From contig CAVVMW010000027.1 of NCBI GenBank assembly GCA_963749495.1, positions 1-64,000 on the forward strand: 64,000 nucleotides of DNA, read 5' to 3'. Numbering within the stretch: the first letter of the stretch is position 1; each line of letters begins with the position of its first letter. The DNA comes from an uncultured bacterium (GTDB lineage Bacteria; Verrucomicrobiota; Verrucomicrobiia; Limisphaerales; UBA8199). This document shows, in pieces, positions 31,082 through 41,960 of the stretch. The notes under the pieces were generated by a model, which saw only the letters and a program-made list of their open reading frames with translations, was not told the origin of the DNA and did no database searches. The position numbers and the translations under genes were made by a program.

Positions 31082-31819
31082 CCTATAGAACAAGGAAGAT
31101 ACTCCGGGACAGTAGCACCCGGGCTGGAACTGCCTTTCTGCGGCCAACCGGCGCGCAACGCTCAGCCATTGCTGAGAGTTTCAACATCACCCGTTCCGGG
31201 TTCGGTTCAAATAAACCCGCTCGCTTGGAGAGGGGCGAAGCGACGGTCTCCCCCTCGCGGCCTGGGGCCGCAGTGGCCCACGCTGGCCGGATGTTCACGA
31301 CTCTGAAAAGCAGCCCACTCTTGACCGTTTCGGCCAGTACCTTGCTGACATTCCGGCTGTTGCGTTTCGTCCATTTACTGGACGCCACCGCGACGGGTGC
31401 TTGGTTTGCCGCTCATCCTCCTCGGCCCCCAAGGCCCGCCCGGGCGCAAAACGGACGCCCGAGGCCACACCGCGCGAGGCATTAAGCCATTGGGGCGGCG
31501 GCGAAAACCGTGGAGGTCTCGTCCGGGGCGGCGGCCGGAAAGGGGAGCCCGTCCGGCAGGAGCTGGGCCGGAGCAGGCGCACATGAAGGCTGATTTGGAT
31601 CTGGCCCGCGGATGGCTTAATTCATGCTGTTCCGAGTGTGCAGTCGAGGGCGGCCGGAGTAAAAGCGCCCCTCATTTTGAGCAGAATTGGGGGTGGCCGG
31701 TTGAACCCCGAGAAAAAAAAGGCCCCGATCCTGATTTGTTTGCTTGCGGAACTGTGCGAATATGGAGTATCGGATTGCAGGTCGGTGCAAAATGCGCAAC
31801 AAAATCGTCTAACAGAGCC

Positions 31820-32008
31820 ATGAAGAACAAAGTCACCGTTGTTTCACGGCACGGCAAGTTTTACACGGTCAGGTTTGTTTCCAGTGGAAAACCTTCGGTC
31901 CGAGGGCCGCAGCAAACCACAGGCGGTGGCAACCGCATTTCCGCTGAGGAGGCCGCTCAAAGAATTGCTCAACGCTTTGGCAAATCTCTCGCTGTACTAG
32001 CCGACTGA
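31820..32008 (+). CDS. Small hypothetical protein (62 aa), possibly antitoxin-like
   Basis: MKNKVTVVS...AAQRIAQRFGKSLAVLAD; followed by GC hairpin at ~32027-32046. Confidence 0.4.
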   Translation: MKNKVTVVSRHGKFYTVRFVSSGKPSVRGPQQTTGGGNRISAEEAAQRIAQRFGKSLAVLAD

Positions 32009-32765
32009 ACTCGGCAGCTTGAGGCGACGCGGGGGGAACTCCCCGCGAAGCAGGACGTGTTAGTGTGGTCTCCTCCGGTCGCTCCGACTCCTGCGGGAGG
32101 ATCTTTTCGGCCATGCCCATACTCTCGAAGAAGGGTGTGGGGAAGCGGAATTTGTACATGCGCTGCGAGCCTTCCTCTGTGAACGGGTTTACAATGGGAA
32201 GCTTATCCCTTACCCTCTCGAGGCTTTCCACAGACCACGCCAACAAAACCTCTCCATTTGCTATCATCGCGAATTCTGCTTTGAGCAGGCCGCCGCCGGT
32301 GAGTTTATCGGTCTTCGCAGACGGCGCATTGGGTGGGGAGGGAGATTCTGCGAAAAACTCGAATGAGCATTCGAGTTCGTAGTTGACGAGTTTGTCGGGC
32401 AAGCCGCCTGGGGCGAACTGGGCTGTTCTCTTTTCTTTGACGAACCGAAGAAAGGCCAGCAAATGCGCGTTGACTTGGTTGCCGACACGGATTCCGACAT
32501 GCATACGACGGGAGGTGTCATTGTTGGAAACGAGCGTGTAATAATTTCCGAGGTCAACCTGGGTGCCCTTGAAACGGAGCTTGCCGCTTTCCTCCTCCGC
32601 GCTTTCCCGGATGCCCTGACTCTGGCGCAACAAAGGAAAAATCTTCAGAATTGTTGATTTGCCGGAGCTGTTGCTCCCGCAAAAGACGGTGAGAGGCGTG
32701 AGCCGGAACGTCCTAAGGTCATCGGCGAACAATCTTACGTTTCGTAAGGAAACTTGAGTTATCAT
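31869..32765 (-). pseudogene. Truncated AAA/ABC-type ATPase (AAA_21/OLD-like) N-terminus
   Basis: MITQVSLRNVRLF..LTPLTVFCGSNSSGKSTIL Walker A; no Walker B or signature before the sequence degenerates ~32.06 kb. Confidence 0.7.
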
Positions 32766-33313
32766 AGTCTCTAAAAGGCAGTGATTTTGGCGATTTCTTG
32801 GGATAGTTGCGGTGGGTTCCGACTGGCGAGGAAGTCCCATCTGCCGAGACGGCGCCAGTCATGGACGGCGGCGCTCCGGAGGCGGGCGACGTGATGTGTG
32901 GGGTTCATACGGCACAGTTCCAGCTGGTTAACGGGTCCGGTTGGCTCGCCACAGACGATTGAACCCATCGATCCAGGTGAGGAGAGCGGATTTGGCGTCG
33001 CCCGGGTTCGTGAGCGGGCTTTCCTGGTGGGCAACCTTCGTGTTTCGCAATTCATTGATGGGTCCCCAGCGGAACTGGTGAGCATTGTTGTTCGTCGCCA
33101 TATCGCACCTGTCGTTTTAGAGCACCGGGGCGCAATGTTCGAGCATTTATTTTCGTAGTGGTGACGGCATTGGCCGACCGGAAATCGAAGCCGAGTGGAC
33201 CAGCTCGGCAACCGGCAATCCAAAGGAGAGCGAACCAGAGGCCGCGCTGCGGGCGCAGGTTCCGGTCCAGTCGGACAAGGCGTTTGGCTCGGCTAGTCGG
33301 ATTGTCGAGGCGC

Positions 33314-33574
33314 CTAGCGTCGGTCCTCTGTTTCACCGAACAACCGGCCCACAGTCACGCTCAGGCTGGGGGCGATGGCGGAGATCGCGTAATCCATCAG
33401 GTAGCGCGTCCGGTTCTCGATCCGGGAAATGGCGCTGCGGTCAATGTCGATGCCCTGGGCTGCCAGCCGGCCCGCGAGGTCCTCCTCGGAGGCGGCGGGC
33501 GAGCAGCGTAGGTGCGTCTGCTGCACTCTTGGCCCGATCTGGTTCCGGGCCGCAATCTTGGAGGTTTTCTTCAT
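33314..33574 (-). CDS. XRE-family HTH regulator, possibly degenerate
   Basis: RNQIGPRV..SEEDLAGRL..IDRSAISRIENRTRYLMDY. Confidence 0.7.
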   Translation of the reverse strand: MKKTSKIAARNQIGPRVQQTHLRCSPAASEEDLAGRLAAQGIDIDRSAISRIENRTRYLMDYAISAIAPSLSVTVGRLFGETEDRR

Positions 33575-33741
33575 TCCAGCGTGTGCGGCATTAACACGCC
33601 TGACTTGTAGGGGATTTCGGGGCGTAATGTGTGTGAAGGCGTTGAGAACCGTTGCCTCCGCAGGTTCGTTTTCCTGCTTTTTTTCGGCGCCGCCGGCTTG
33701 CGTCACGCAATCCCAGGGCTTAAGTTTGTTCCGATCAATTC

Positions 33742-35163
33742 ATGAAGCCCATTCAACCAGCACCTTCGGTCAGCTACGGTTTCACGATGCGGCTGGCCTA
33801 TCCGAACCGGATCGGCGCGTTCGCCCGCATCGTGGGCGCGATTGGCAAACATGGCGGCGACCTGGGCGCGGTGGACATCGTCACGCCCGATGCCAAAGTC
33901 ATGACGCGCGACATCACCGTGCGCGCCCGCGATGTGGCCCACCAGGAGGAGGTCGTCGGTGCAGTCCGCCGCCTCCATGGCATCAAAGTGGTCAACGTGT
34001 CGGACCGTGTCTTCCTGTTGCACCTGGGCGGGAAGATTTCCATTCAGAACAAGGTGCCCCTGACCACGCGCGACACGCTCTCGATGGCTTACACGCCGGG
34101 CGTGGCGCGCGTGTGCGAGGCCATCGCCGCCGACCCGCGAAAGGCCTGGCAACTCACCATCAAAGGCAATTCGGTCGCCGTCGTCAGCGATGGCACTGCT
34201 GTCCTGGGTCTGGGTGACATCGGGCCGGAAGCCGCCATGCCGGTGATGGAAGGCAAGGCGATGCTGTTCAAGGAATTCGCCGGGATTGACGCCTACCCGA
34301 TTTGCCTGCGGACCAAGGAACCGGACGAGATTGTGGCTGCCGTCCAGCATATGTCCGTCGGCTTCGGCGGCATCAACCTGGAGGACATCTCGGCCCCGCG
34401 CTGCTTCGAGATCGAGCGGCGGCTCCAGGAACTGCTCAACATTCCTGTCTTCCACGATGACCAGCACGGCACGGCGGTCGTGGTGCTGGCGGCCTTGCTC
34501 AACGCGCTGCGGCTCACCAAGCAAAAGCTGGAGCGGCTCCGGATTGTCGTCTGCGGGGCGGGCGCCGCCGGCACGGCAGTCACCCAAATCCTGCTTCGCG
34601 GCGGCGCGCGGGACCTCGTCGTGTGCGACCGGCAAGGCATCCTGGGCGAACACCGGCTGCCGGGACTGAACCCGAGCAAGGCCTGGCTGGCGCAGCACAC
34701 CAACCCGCGCAAGCTGCGCGGCCCGCTGGACGCCGCGCTCCGCGACGCCAACGTGTTCATCGGCGTCTCCGGTCCGGGCCGGCTGCACGCCAAGGACCTG
34801 AAACGCATGGCGTCAAAACCGATCGTCTTCGCCCTGGCCAACCCAACACCCGAAATCATGCCCGAGGAGGCCGCGCGCGTGGCCCACATTGTGGCGACAG
34901 GCCGCAGCGATTATCCGAACCAAATCAACAATGTGCTGGCGTTCCCCGGCATCTTTCGCGGCGCGTTGAACGTGCGGGCGCGGCAGATTACGGAGCAGAT
35001 GAAGCAGGCGGCAGCGCACGCCATCGCGGGTTGCATCGGCCCGCGCGAGCTGAGCCCCGAATACATCGTGCCCAGCGTGTTCAATCGAGAGGTCGTCCAG
35101 CGCGTGGCCCGCGCCGTGGAGCGCGCCGCCGTCAAGGCGGGAGTGGCGCGGCGCAAGAAATGA
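33742..35163 (+). CDS. NAD(P)-dependent malic enzyme with N-terminal ACT domain
   Basis: [54 protein letters not shown]. Confidence 0.95.
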   Translation: MKPIQPAPSVSYGFTMRLAYPNRIGAFARIVGAIGKHGGDLGAVDIVTPDAKVMTRDITVRARDVAHQEEVVGAVRRLHGIKVVNVSDRVFLLHLGGKISIQNKVPLTTRDTLSMAYTPGVARVCEAIAADPRKAWQLTIKGNSVAVVSDGTAVLGLGDIGPEAAMPVMEGKAMLFKEFAGIDAYPICLRTKEPDEIVAAVQHMSVGFGGINLEDISAPRCFEIERRLQELLNIPVFHDDQHGTAVVVLAALLNALRLTKQKLERLRIVVCGAGAAGTAVTQILLRGGARDLVVCDRQGILGEHRLPGLNPSKAWLAQHTNPRKLRGPLDAALRDANVFIGVSGPGRLHAKDLKRMASKPIVFALANPTPEIMPEEAARVAHIVATGRSDYPNQINNVLAFPGIFRGALNVRARQITEQMKQAAAHAIAGCIGPRELSPEYIVPSVFNREVVQRVARAVERAAVKAGVARRKK

Positions 35164-35176
35164 TCTGCTTTTTCGT

Positions 35177-36718
35177 ATGCACGCCGCCCAAGCGATCCGC
35201 CTCAATGATTACAGCCTTGTTGGCCAAGACACCACCCTGGCCATTGCGCGGGGCCTGGCCGAGGCCACATGGTATGTCTCGCCGGTGCCCAAAGAAGAAA
35301 TGCGCGCGCTGCTCCAACGCAGGGACGCTCCTGCCCTCCGCGACACCCTGCTCTGGTTCGCCCTGCTGATGGGTTGCGCCTGGGCCGCTTACCGGCTTTG
35401 GCAGGCGGGCAGCGGCTGGGCGGTCATTCCGTTCGTGATTTACGGCGCCCTTTACGCCAGCACCTCCGATTCCCGCTGGCATGAGTCCGGTCACGGCACC
35501 GCCTTCAAGACCGATTGGATGAACAACCTGCTTTACGAAATCGCTTCCTTCATGGTGATGCGCGAATCCACCGTCTGGCGCTGGAGCCACACCCGCCACC
35601 ATAGCGACACGATCATCGTCGGGCGCGACCCTGAAATCGCCGCCCCGCGCCCGCCCAACCTCGCCAAGCTGATTCTCAATTTCTTCGGCCTCACGGTCAT
35701 CCCCGCCTATTTTCGCCACGTCCTGCTCCATTGCACGGGGCGGCTCACGGCCGAGGAAAAGGCCTTCATCCCGGAATCCGAGTATGGAGCCGTTTATCTT
35801 CGCGCCCGCATCTGCCTCCTCATCTATGCGGGGGTCATTGGCCTGGCGGTCCACACCGGCACGGTGCTGCCGCTGATGTTCGTCGGGCTGCCCACTCTCT
35901 ACGGCTCCTGGCTGATGCCCATTTATGGTTACACCCAGCACGCCGGCCTGGCCGAGAACGTGCTCGACCACCGGCTCAACTGCCGGACGGTGTACCTGAA
36001 TCGGCTGAACCGCTTTCTCTACTGGAACATGAACTATCACGTGGAGCACCACATGTTCCCCCTGGTCCCGTATCACAACCTCCCGCGCCTCCACCAGTGG
36101 GTCAAGGCCGACATGCCCCCTCCTTACCGAGGCCTCCTCGAGGCCTGGCGGGAGCTCCTCCCTGCGGTCTTGCGCCAGGTCAAGGATCCCGCCTACTTCG
36201 TCGAACGCAGGCTCCCCGCCCCGCCTGTTCGAGCCGGCGCGCCGGCCCCGGCCCCCGTCTTCACTGCCAAAGGACGTGCCGTCAAAGGCTGGCTGGAGGT
36301 GTGCGCCAGCGCCTTTCTGGAGCAGGAAGACGTCATCCGCTTCGATCACGAACAAAAGACCTACGCCATCTATCGCACCGCCCAGGGCGCTCTCTACGCG
36401 ACCGACGGCCTCTGCACCCATGGCAGCGCCCATCTGGCCGAGGGCATGGTCAAAGGCACGCTCATCGAGTGCCCCAAGCACAACGGGCGCTTCGATTTCA
36501 CGGACGGCTCGCCGCAACGCAAGCCGGCCTGTCTAGCGCTCAAGACCCACCCCACGCGCGAACACGACGGGAAAATCTTCCTCAATGTGGCCGCCGGCCT
36601 GTCAGGCCAACCTGCCGGAAAGCTCGCGAGCGCAGGCGCGCAGACCGGCACTGGCCCCAACTTCACGGTCCCGGAGCGGAGCGCCGCTCTCTCCAGCCCC
36701 GAAGGGCCGGGAAGATGA
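35177..36718 (+). CDS. Fatty-acid-desaturase-family oxygenase (MocD-like) fused to Rieske ferredoxin (MocE-like)
   Basis: His boxes WHESGH, HTRHH, YHVEHH; Rieske CTH..CPKH. Confidence 0.88.
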   Translation: MHAAQAIRLNDYSLVGQDTTLAIARGLAEATWYVSPVPKEEMRALLQRRDAPALRDTLLWFALLMGCAWAAYRLWQAGSGWAVIPFVIYGALYASTSDSRWHESGHGTAFKTDWMNNLLYEIASFMVMRESTVWRWSHTRHHSDTIIVGRDPEIAAPRPPNLAKLILNFFGLTVIPAYFRHVLLHCTGRLTAEEKAFIPESEYGAVYLRARICLLIYAGVIGLAVHTGTVLPLMFVGLPTLYGSWLMPIYGYTQHAGLAENVLDHRLNCRTVYLNRLNRFLYWNMNYHVEHHMFPLVPYHNLPRLHQWVKADMPPPYRGLLEAWRELLPAVLRQVKDPAYFVERRLPAPPVRAGAPAPAPVFTAKGRAVKGWLEVCASAFLEQEDVIRFDHEQKTYAIYRTAQGALYATDGLCTHGSAHLAEGMVKGTLIECPKHNGRFDFTDGSPQRKPACLALKTHPTREHDGKIFLNVAAGLSGQPAGKLASAGAQTGTGPNFTVPERSAALSSPEGPGR

Positions 36719-37085
36719 TGGCCCAGCTTTGCCGGCGCACACCCACGCAAAGGCGCCGCCCACGTCACGCCCTTGAATAGCCAACCCTCCGAATTGTTTG
36801 ACCCGGCGCAAACGTCCGGGTAATCTTCTCTCGTGGTTTGTGGCGCCTCAACACTGAGTGGCCGGCGACCTTCTGATCCCGTATCAGACGGTTGCGGTTT
36901 GTCCCTGCGCCCCTCCAGAGCGATCACTCGTCATTCCGGGAGACGGGTTCCGCAGTTCGCCGGCAACTTGGACCATGAGTTTAGTCGCCGTTTGGTCCCC
37001 ATCCTGGCCGTATTCCAGGATGCCGCTGGATACGGCAGCCGGGATTCAACCCCCGCAAGATCGTCAAAACCAATGGATTTTGAGC

Positions 37086-37162
37086 GCGTCCGTAGCTCAA
37101 TTGGATAGAGCTTCTGACTTCGGATCAGAAGGTTGCAGGTTCAAGTCCTGCCGGACGCGCCA
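37086..37162 (+). tRNA. tRNA-Arg (anticodon TCG)
   Basis: GCGTCCG/CGGACGC acceptor stem, TCTGA-CTTCGGA-TCAGA arm, GTTCAAG T-loop, encoded CCA, 77 nt. Confidence 0.96.
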
Positions 37163-37338
37163 ACTCGAAGGACTCAGGAAGGCTGAGAAGAAGGCCTGGA
37201 CGTTCAGTCCGGATTAGGCGGGCCTTATGGAAAGAGCCCATTCCTCGCCGGTCATTGGCTACTCGTGGTTTCGCCCGGGCCGCCCGGTGTCTAGGGGCTT
37301 GAGGGATGAAACTCCCAGGCCGCATTTCAGGGCTCCAG

Positions 37339-37378
37339 GTCCACGATCAATTGAACTTCTGATATTTTATCAGAAGGT
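37339..37378 (+). repeat. Degenerate partial copy of tRNA-Arg 5' half/anticodon arm (att-like relic)
   Basis: GTCC..TCAATTG..CTTCTGA-tatttta-TCAGAAGGT versus tRNA GTCC..TCAATTG..CTTCTGA-cttcgga-TCAGAAGGT. Confidence 0.55.
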
Positions 37379-37829
37379 CATTCTCTAAAACGACAGCTTG
37401 TCCTCATGCCAGTCAATGGTCAGCCAAGGGTCCGGCGCACCCCATTCCACTGGCGGATAACGACCTCGTGGCGGGTTTCGGGTCGGCTTGCGAAACTTAC
37501 AACGGCAAGCGCGGGCTTCTCCCGGAAGACAGAGTTGAAATGCCCGCCGCTTGGAAGGCCATTGTGGCCAACAACAAGATCAAACTCTGACAGGTTTACG
37601 CGGACTGGACCCAGGAGCGGCGAACCATAGGTTTGGTCAGTTCATGGGCCGGGCCGGGAGTCTTGCTCCGGCCAGGCCTGCGCACCAGCAGGGTCCGCCG
37701 CGTGCCAGCGGGCCAAAGCCGGTTCGAGCCAGCCGTGCCCCCTCTCAGGGTCGGCAATCGTCGCCAGCCATTGAACCGCCCGTTGTGGGTCCAGCGCGGT
37801 GATAGCGTAACCAAAATGCGCGACCACTT

Positions 37830-38025
37830 CGTCCCAGGAGATCGTCGCCCGGCTGGCGCGAAAGCACGGCGCAGCGCTGGTGCATTTCCAGAGGGTCTTC
37901 GACGAGGCCGCGAAAGGGCGCCGGCCGACTATTGGATCTGGGACAGTGTGCATCCCACTTATCGCGGCCATCAGCTCATGGCTGACGAATGGCAGCGGGG
38001 GCCGCGGGACTCTTGGAAACAAGGC
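37830..38025 (+). pseudogene. C-terminal remnant of SGNH/GDSL hydrolase
   Basis: VHFQRVFDEA / PADYWIWDSVHPTYRGHQLMA (DxxHP motif), no N-terminus. Confidence 0.65.
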
Positions 38026-38045
38026 TTATCTTCAACCCACAGATC

Positions 38046-39350
38046 TCAACGCGGCGGCGGTTCCACCATGAGCAACGCATCCTCCCATCCGGCCGGAGTG
38101 GAAAAGGACTTCTGCCCGGCGGCTGAAAAACGACCCATCTTCACCGATTGGGCGGTCCTCGGATCAATCCAAGAGGCTTCCGCCAACTTCGCCGCCGTGA
38201 GCTTGTTCAAGTTGACGGAAAAGGGCGCCCTGCCACCCAGGTACACCATCAGCCACTGGCCGTCTGCATGACGAGCGGCCAGGTTCAATACCTGCCCATT
38301 GGTGGTGCCCCCGCTGGCCAGAATGCTTTGGTCAGGCACCAGCCTCCACCATTCCCTTCGGGCCATGAATACCCGCTTGAGGATGCCCAATTGAGTGGCG
38401 CCGGGAGCGTCCAGCGCTTGCCGCCAGGTGGGCAGCACCCGCCAACTGTCGTTGTGCCCATAAGTGTGGTGGCCTCCGGCCAGGTACGAGTAATAGGCCC
38501 GGCGGCGAACCCACAGCGGTGTGACTTCGAATCCGTATTCAGAACCCTGTTCGTAGGCGCCTTCTGCCATCAGAACGGGTTTGGCCGGCTCGAGATTATA
38601 ATCCTTGGTCACCATCGGATAGATGAGTTCGACCCATTTCCAAGTCTGGATGCAGTTGAAATCCAGCCATTTCTCGCCCTGCAGAAAACTGGAGGAAAAG
38701 GGAGCCGGGTCCGGTTCAACAGTCACCAGGTGGCAACCGCTGTCTCCTTCGCGCAGGCCCGCCGCCAATTCACGCAAGACGGGAACAAACTCCTGCCTGG
38801 CCTCGGGCACCAGGCACCAGACGAGATTGGGCATATCCTTATAGCGCCGGGCGACCCATCTTGCCCACGCACGGGCATTTTCGACCGTGAGATACTTCCG
38901 ATTGGTCTGGTGATACATCGTCAGGGAGGTGACCACGCCCTTCTCCCGGGCGATGCCAAGGACCGTATCAACGTTCGTGAAATAGGCCTCGTTGGGCGTG
39001 AGCGGGTTGTTATCCGTCCAGGGCTTCTCCCCATAGACGTTGGTCCTGGTACCATCGCCGACGCCCACCAGCATGACTTGCGCGAAGACAAAACCCTTTC
39101 CCCTCGTCCTTTCCAGAATCTCCCTGGCCTCCGACAGTGTGTAGTCCCGGACCAGTTGCCACTGGGTTGTGCCCAGCCAAAAGAGGGGCTCGCCGTTTTG
39201 GTCGGTGAAATACCTCCCGCTCTCACTCACTTTGACCGGATACACCGGCTCTCCGGCGCTCGCGGCATTCCCCAGGGCAAGACTGGCCAGCAGCACGCAA
39301 AGCCAGCCGGGCCGGATTATGGTCCTTTCACGGAATCGTTGTGTTTTCAT
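38046..39350 (-). CDS. DUF4038 (apiosidase-like, GH140-related) protein with C-terminal putative collagen-binding domain
   Basis: KVSESGRYF..GEPLFWLGTTQW, KPVLMAEGAYE, HTYGHN, WIDPRT..GWEDALL. Confidence 0.8.
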   Translation of the reverse strand: MKTQRFRERTIIRPGWLCVLLASLALGNAASAGEPVYPVKVSESGRYFTDQNGEPLFWLGTTQWQLVRDYTLSEAREILERTRGKGFVFAQVMLVGVGDGTRTNVYGEKPWTDNNPLTPNEAYFTNVDTVLGIAREKGVVTSLTMYHQTNRKYLTVENARAWARWVARRYKDMPNLVWCLVPEARQEFVPVLRELAAGLREGDSGCHLVTVEPDPAPFSSSFLQGEKWLDFNCIQTWKWVELIYPMVTKDYNLEPAKPVLMAEGAYEQGSEYGFEVTPLWVRRRAYYSYLAGGHHTYGHNDSWRVLPTWRQALDAPGATQLGILKRVFMARREWWRLVPDQSILASGGTTNGQVLNLAARHADGQWLMVYLGGRAPFSVNLNKLTAAKLAEASWIDPRTAQSVKMGRFSAAGQKSFSTPAGWEDALLMVEPPPR

Positions 39351-39517
39351 GGATTGGAGGCCGAGCCGACTTGCTCGCCACGCAGTACCGGCTGGTCCAG
39401 GGTGAGTTCGATGACGGTGACCGGGTTGTTGGTTTGGGCCTGGAGGATAGGCGTGGCAGTGGCAAAGGCGCAGATCGAGATGGCAAAGAATCGCCGCCTG
39501 AGCGGGAGCGTGTTCAT
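39347..39517 (-). pseudogene. Signal-peptide stub (56 aa), probably an internally deleted gene
   Basis: MNTLPLRRRFFAISICAFATATPILQAQ then ends with ATGA overlap into the next gene. Confidence 0.4.
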
Positions 39518-39530
39518 GGGGTTCAATGTT

Positions 39531-41738
39531 TCATTCCAGCCAGGCGCCTTCGATTTCCACGGCGTGCCTTTCGGCGGCGTGCGCCGGAAAGAGCCAGGCG
39601 CCAAAGCAGAAGTTGATGGCCTGCAGCTTGCCGGCCTGGAACCGGTCTCCTGGCTCGCCCCGTTCCCGGGGTGCTTGCCAATGCGAAAAGTAACGGAATC
39701 TGTCCCAAGGCACAGTCACGTCCTGCCAGGAGCCCCTCAGAGGCACATTGCATCCCCACGGCGCGCCATCCTCCTCCAGGAGGACCACCTCCACGGCACT
39801 GGTTCCTGGTTCCCCGGCCCGCACGCGCAGGCGCAAGCCTTTGCACGCGCTCAACCAATCCTCCCAAGGACGAAGCTCCTCGCTCAATTAAGCCCTGTCC
39901 GAACGCAACGGCAGGCCTTGCCAAGGAGTGTCGGGTTGGGTCCGATGCTCCAGGCGGATTTCGGGCGTGCCCGGCGCCGCTACTGTTAGGTGGATGGGCA
40001 GGTCCCGGCCAGACACCCAACCTGGCACCGGGTCATGCCACACCGCAGGGTTGAGCTCTGGGCGCTCCGGTGGCGCTATGAACTCGAAGTCATAATTGGG
40101 AGGAACGCCGGCCTTGACCCCGGGCCGGGTCAGAATCCAGACGCCGGGGCTCGCCGTGATTTCCCCCTGGTTGGCCCGAGCGGTCATGCGGGTGTTGTGA
40201 AAGGCTGCCGTAAAGTCCGGCCCCAGGTCCGGCAGGGAAATGCGCATGGGCCAGGAGCGCCAATAGACCCGGGACACCTCCCGCTCAAAGCTGTCCGGCC
40301 CGAACGGGTCATTGACCCAAACCGCATCCGGGTAAACCTGCATCACCCAGCATCCTGGTGCCACACGGTCCAGGAAATAGGCGCCGGTGCCTCCGTAGCG
40401 AACAATGGGAGAGGAGCCGCGCCCCGCAATGCGTTCAAGCTTCTCGCGAACAGGCGGGCTGGTGCGGGTGGTGTTCGAGTAGAGAAAGGCCATCTCCGAA
40501 ACATACTCGCTGAGGTCCTCCTCATAGCTCACCCGGAATTCCGGCGGCAAGCCGGGGCGAAGCACCCCGAACACGTTGTTGGCAGGATAGCGGCGCTGCT
40601 CTCCCAGGCGCGGCAACCGGTGGAAGGCCTCGGCCGCGACCATGAAACTGAGCGTCTTGCCGGGCGCATAGACGAGGTTCAGATAATGCGTCTGCCAGCC
40701 CTTGTTGAACGGGGCCAGGGGGAGCGGGTCGTATTGGAACTGCGCCGCGAACTGAACCCCGCCGCAACGGAAGGCCCGGGCCATGGCGGCATACATGTAG
40801 CTGCCCGGAACATCGGCGGCATCGAACTCGTACACGCCTATGGCCTTCCCCGCCAGAGCCGGCGAACGCATCTCAGGGTAGTCCGCCACCACGGGCAGGA
40901 AGTTACGGCGCAGGGCGTGCCCAGCCACCAGGCCCGAGGGATACCAGCCAAAAGTGCAGCCCTCGATGGTGGCTCGGCTCACCGCCGCGAGGTGCCCGCC
41001 CCACCCATTGTAGAAGACCGGTTTACCGCATCCGGCGCCTCGGACGCGCCGTGCCAGAGTATTGATGTAATCCGTTATCGTGGCGTCCGTAATGTCGGGG
41101 GGGTACTGCGGCTCATTGATGAGTTCGATGGCGGCGATGGCCGGTTCGTCCGCGTAAGTCAGCCCGGTATATCGGTTCGTGTGCCGCAGGAACTGCTCGA
41201 GATACCGGCCCTGCGCAGCCCAGGCGGCCGGGTCAGTGGTCATCCGGGGCATCGAGTAGGCATCGGAAAACCCGTCGCTTCGCCCCGGCACACCCCACCA
41301 GGCGATGGGGGTGAGCACCAGGTAAATGCCGCGGCCCCTGGCCTGGGCGATGAGGTAGTCGAGCAAGCGCAGGTGATCGTTGTCCAATAGGTTACCCTGC
41401 CGGTCGCTGATCTCCCGGTCAAAGACATGCAAGCGCAGCAGGTCCAAACGCAGCCGTTTTAAGTGCGCCAGGTCGGTGCGGATGGTCTGCTCGTGGTCCG
41501 CGCCGATGGCCTTGAGGTCGGCGTAATTCCAGTGAAAGGGCGCATAGTAATTCACGCCAAACAGCGCAACCTCCTCCCGCGTGTCCTTCCAGCGGAGCAA
41601 CCCCTGGTCGAAAACGATTTCCCGGTCGGCCACTTGGCCCGCCGCAGCCCCGCCCGCGAGCAGGAGCCCGCTAACCCAAGCGCTCAGCAGCGTCCATTGG
41701 CAGCGAGAATACAGGCGAGGCAGAAGCAAAGCGTTCAT
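39531..41738 (-). CDS. GH5-like (clan A) glycoside hydrolase with detached CBM-like C-terminus; in-frame stop at 39888-39890
   Basis: LFGVNY, RLHVFD, ELINEP, VYEFDAAD; same-frame continuation 39531-39887 resembles a carbohydrate-binding domain half. Confidence 0.75.
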
Positions 41739-41872
41739 GGCCCAAGCATGGCCACCAGCCAAGAACCGCACAACCGCTTTTTCTCAGGACATCGTCTCGG
41801 CCGAGTCGGCTGCAGGGCCTCGATGGCGGGCGCGCGGGCGAACTCGTTCACGGGCAGCCGCGGGATGATTTC

Positions 41873-41960
41873 ATGGCGGTGCACCGGGCCTATGCGAAAC
41901 GAGCGAAGGTGAAAATCCCGGCGCTGGAGGATTACGAACGGAAGCAGGCAGGGGCCAAAG
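41873..41960 (+). pseudogene. C-terminal remnant of a tyrosine integrase
   Basis: AVHRAYAKRAKVKIPALEDYE resembles the catalytic-Tyr tail (LGHNSKAVHRAYA..) of verrucomicrobial integrases, recalled from memory. Confidence 0.5.

Noticed and set aside
23353..31318. 13-bp inverted match GTGGGCTGCTTTT / AAAAGCAGCCCAC around the element
   Set aside because: Matches of this length are expected by chance; no supporting structure
33114..33123. GTTTTAGAGC resembling the start of a type II-A CRISPR repeat
   Set aside because: No repeat-spacer periodicity and no cas genes; no CRISPR array seen anywhere in the window
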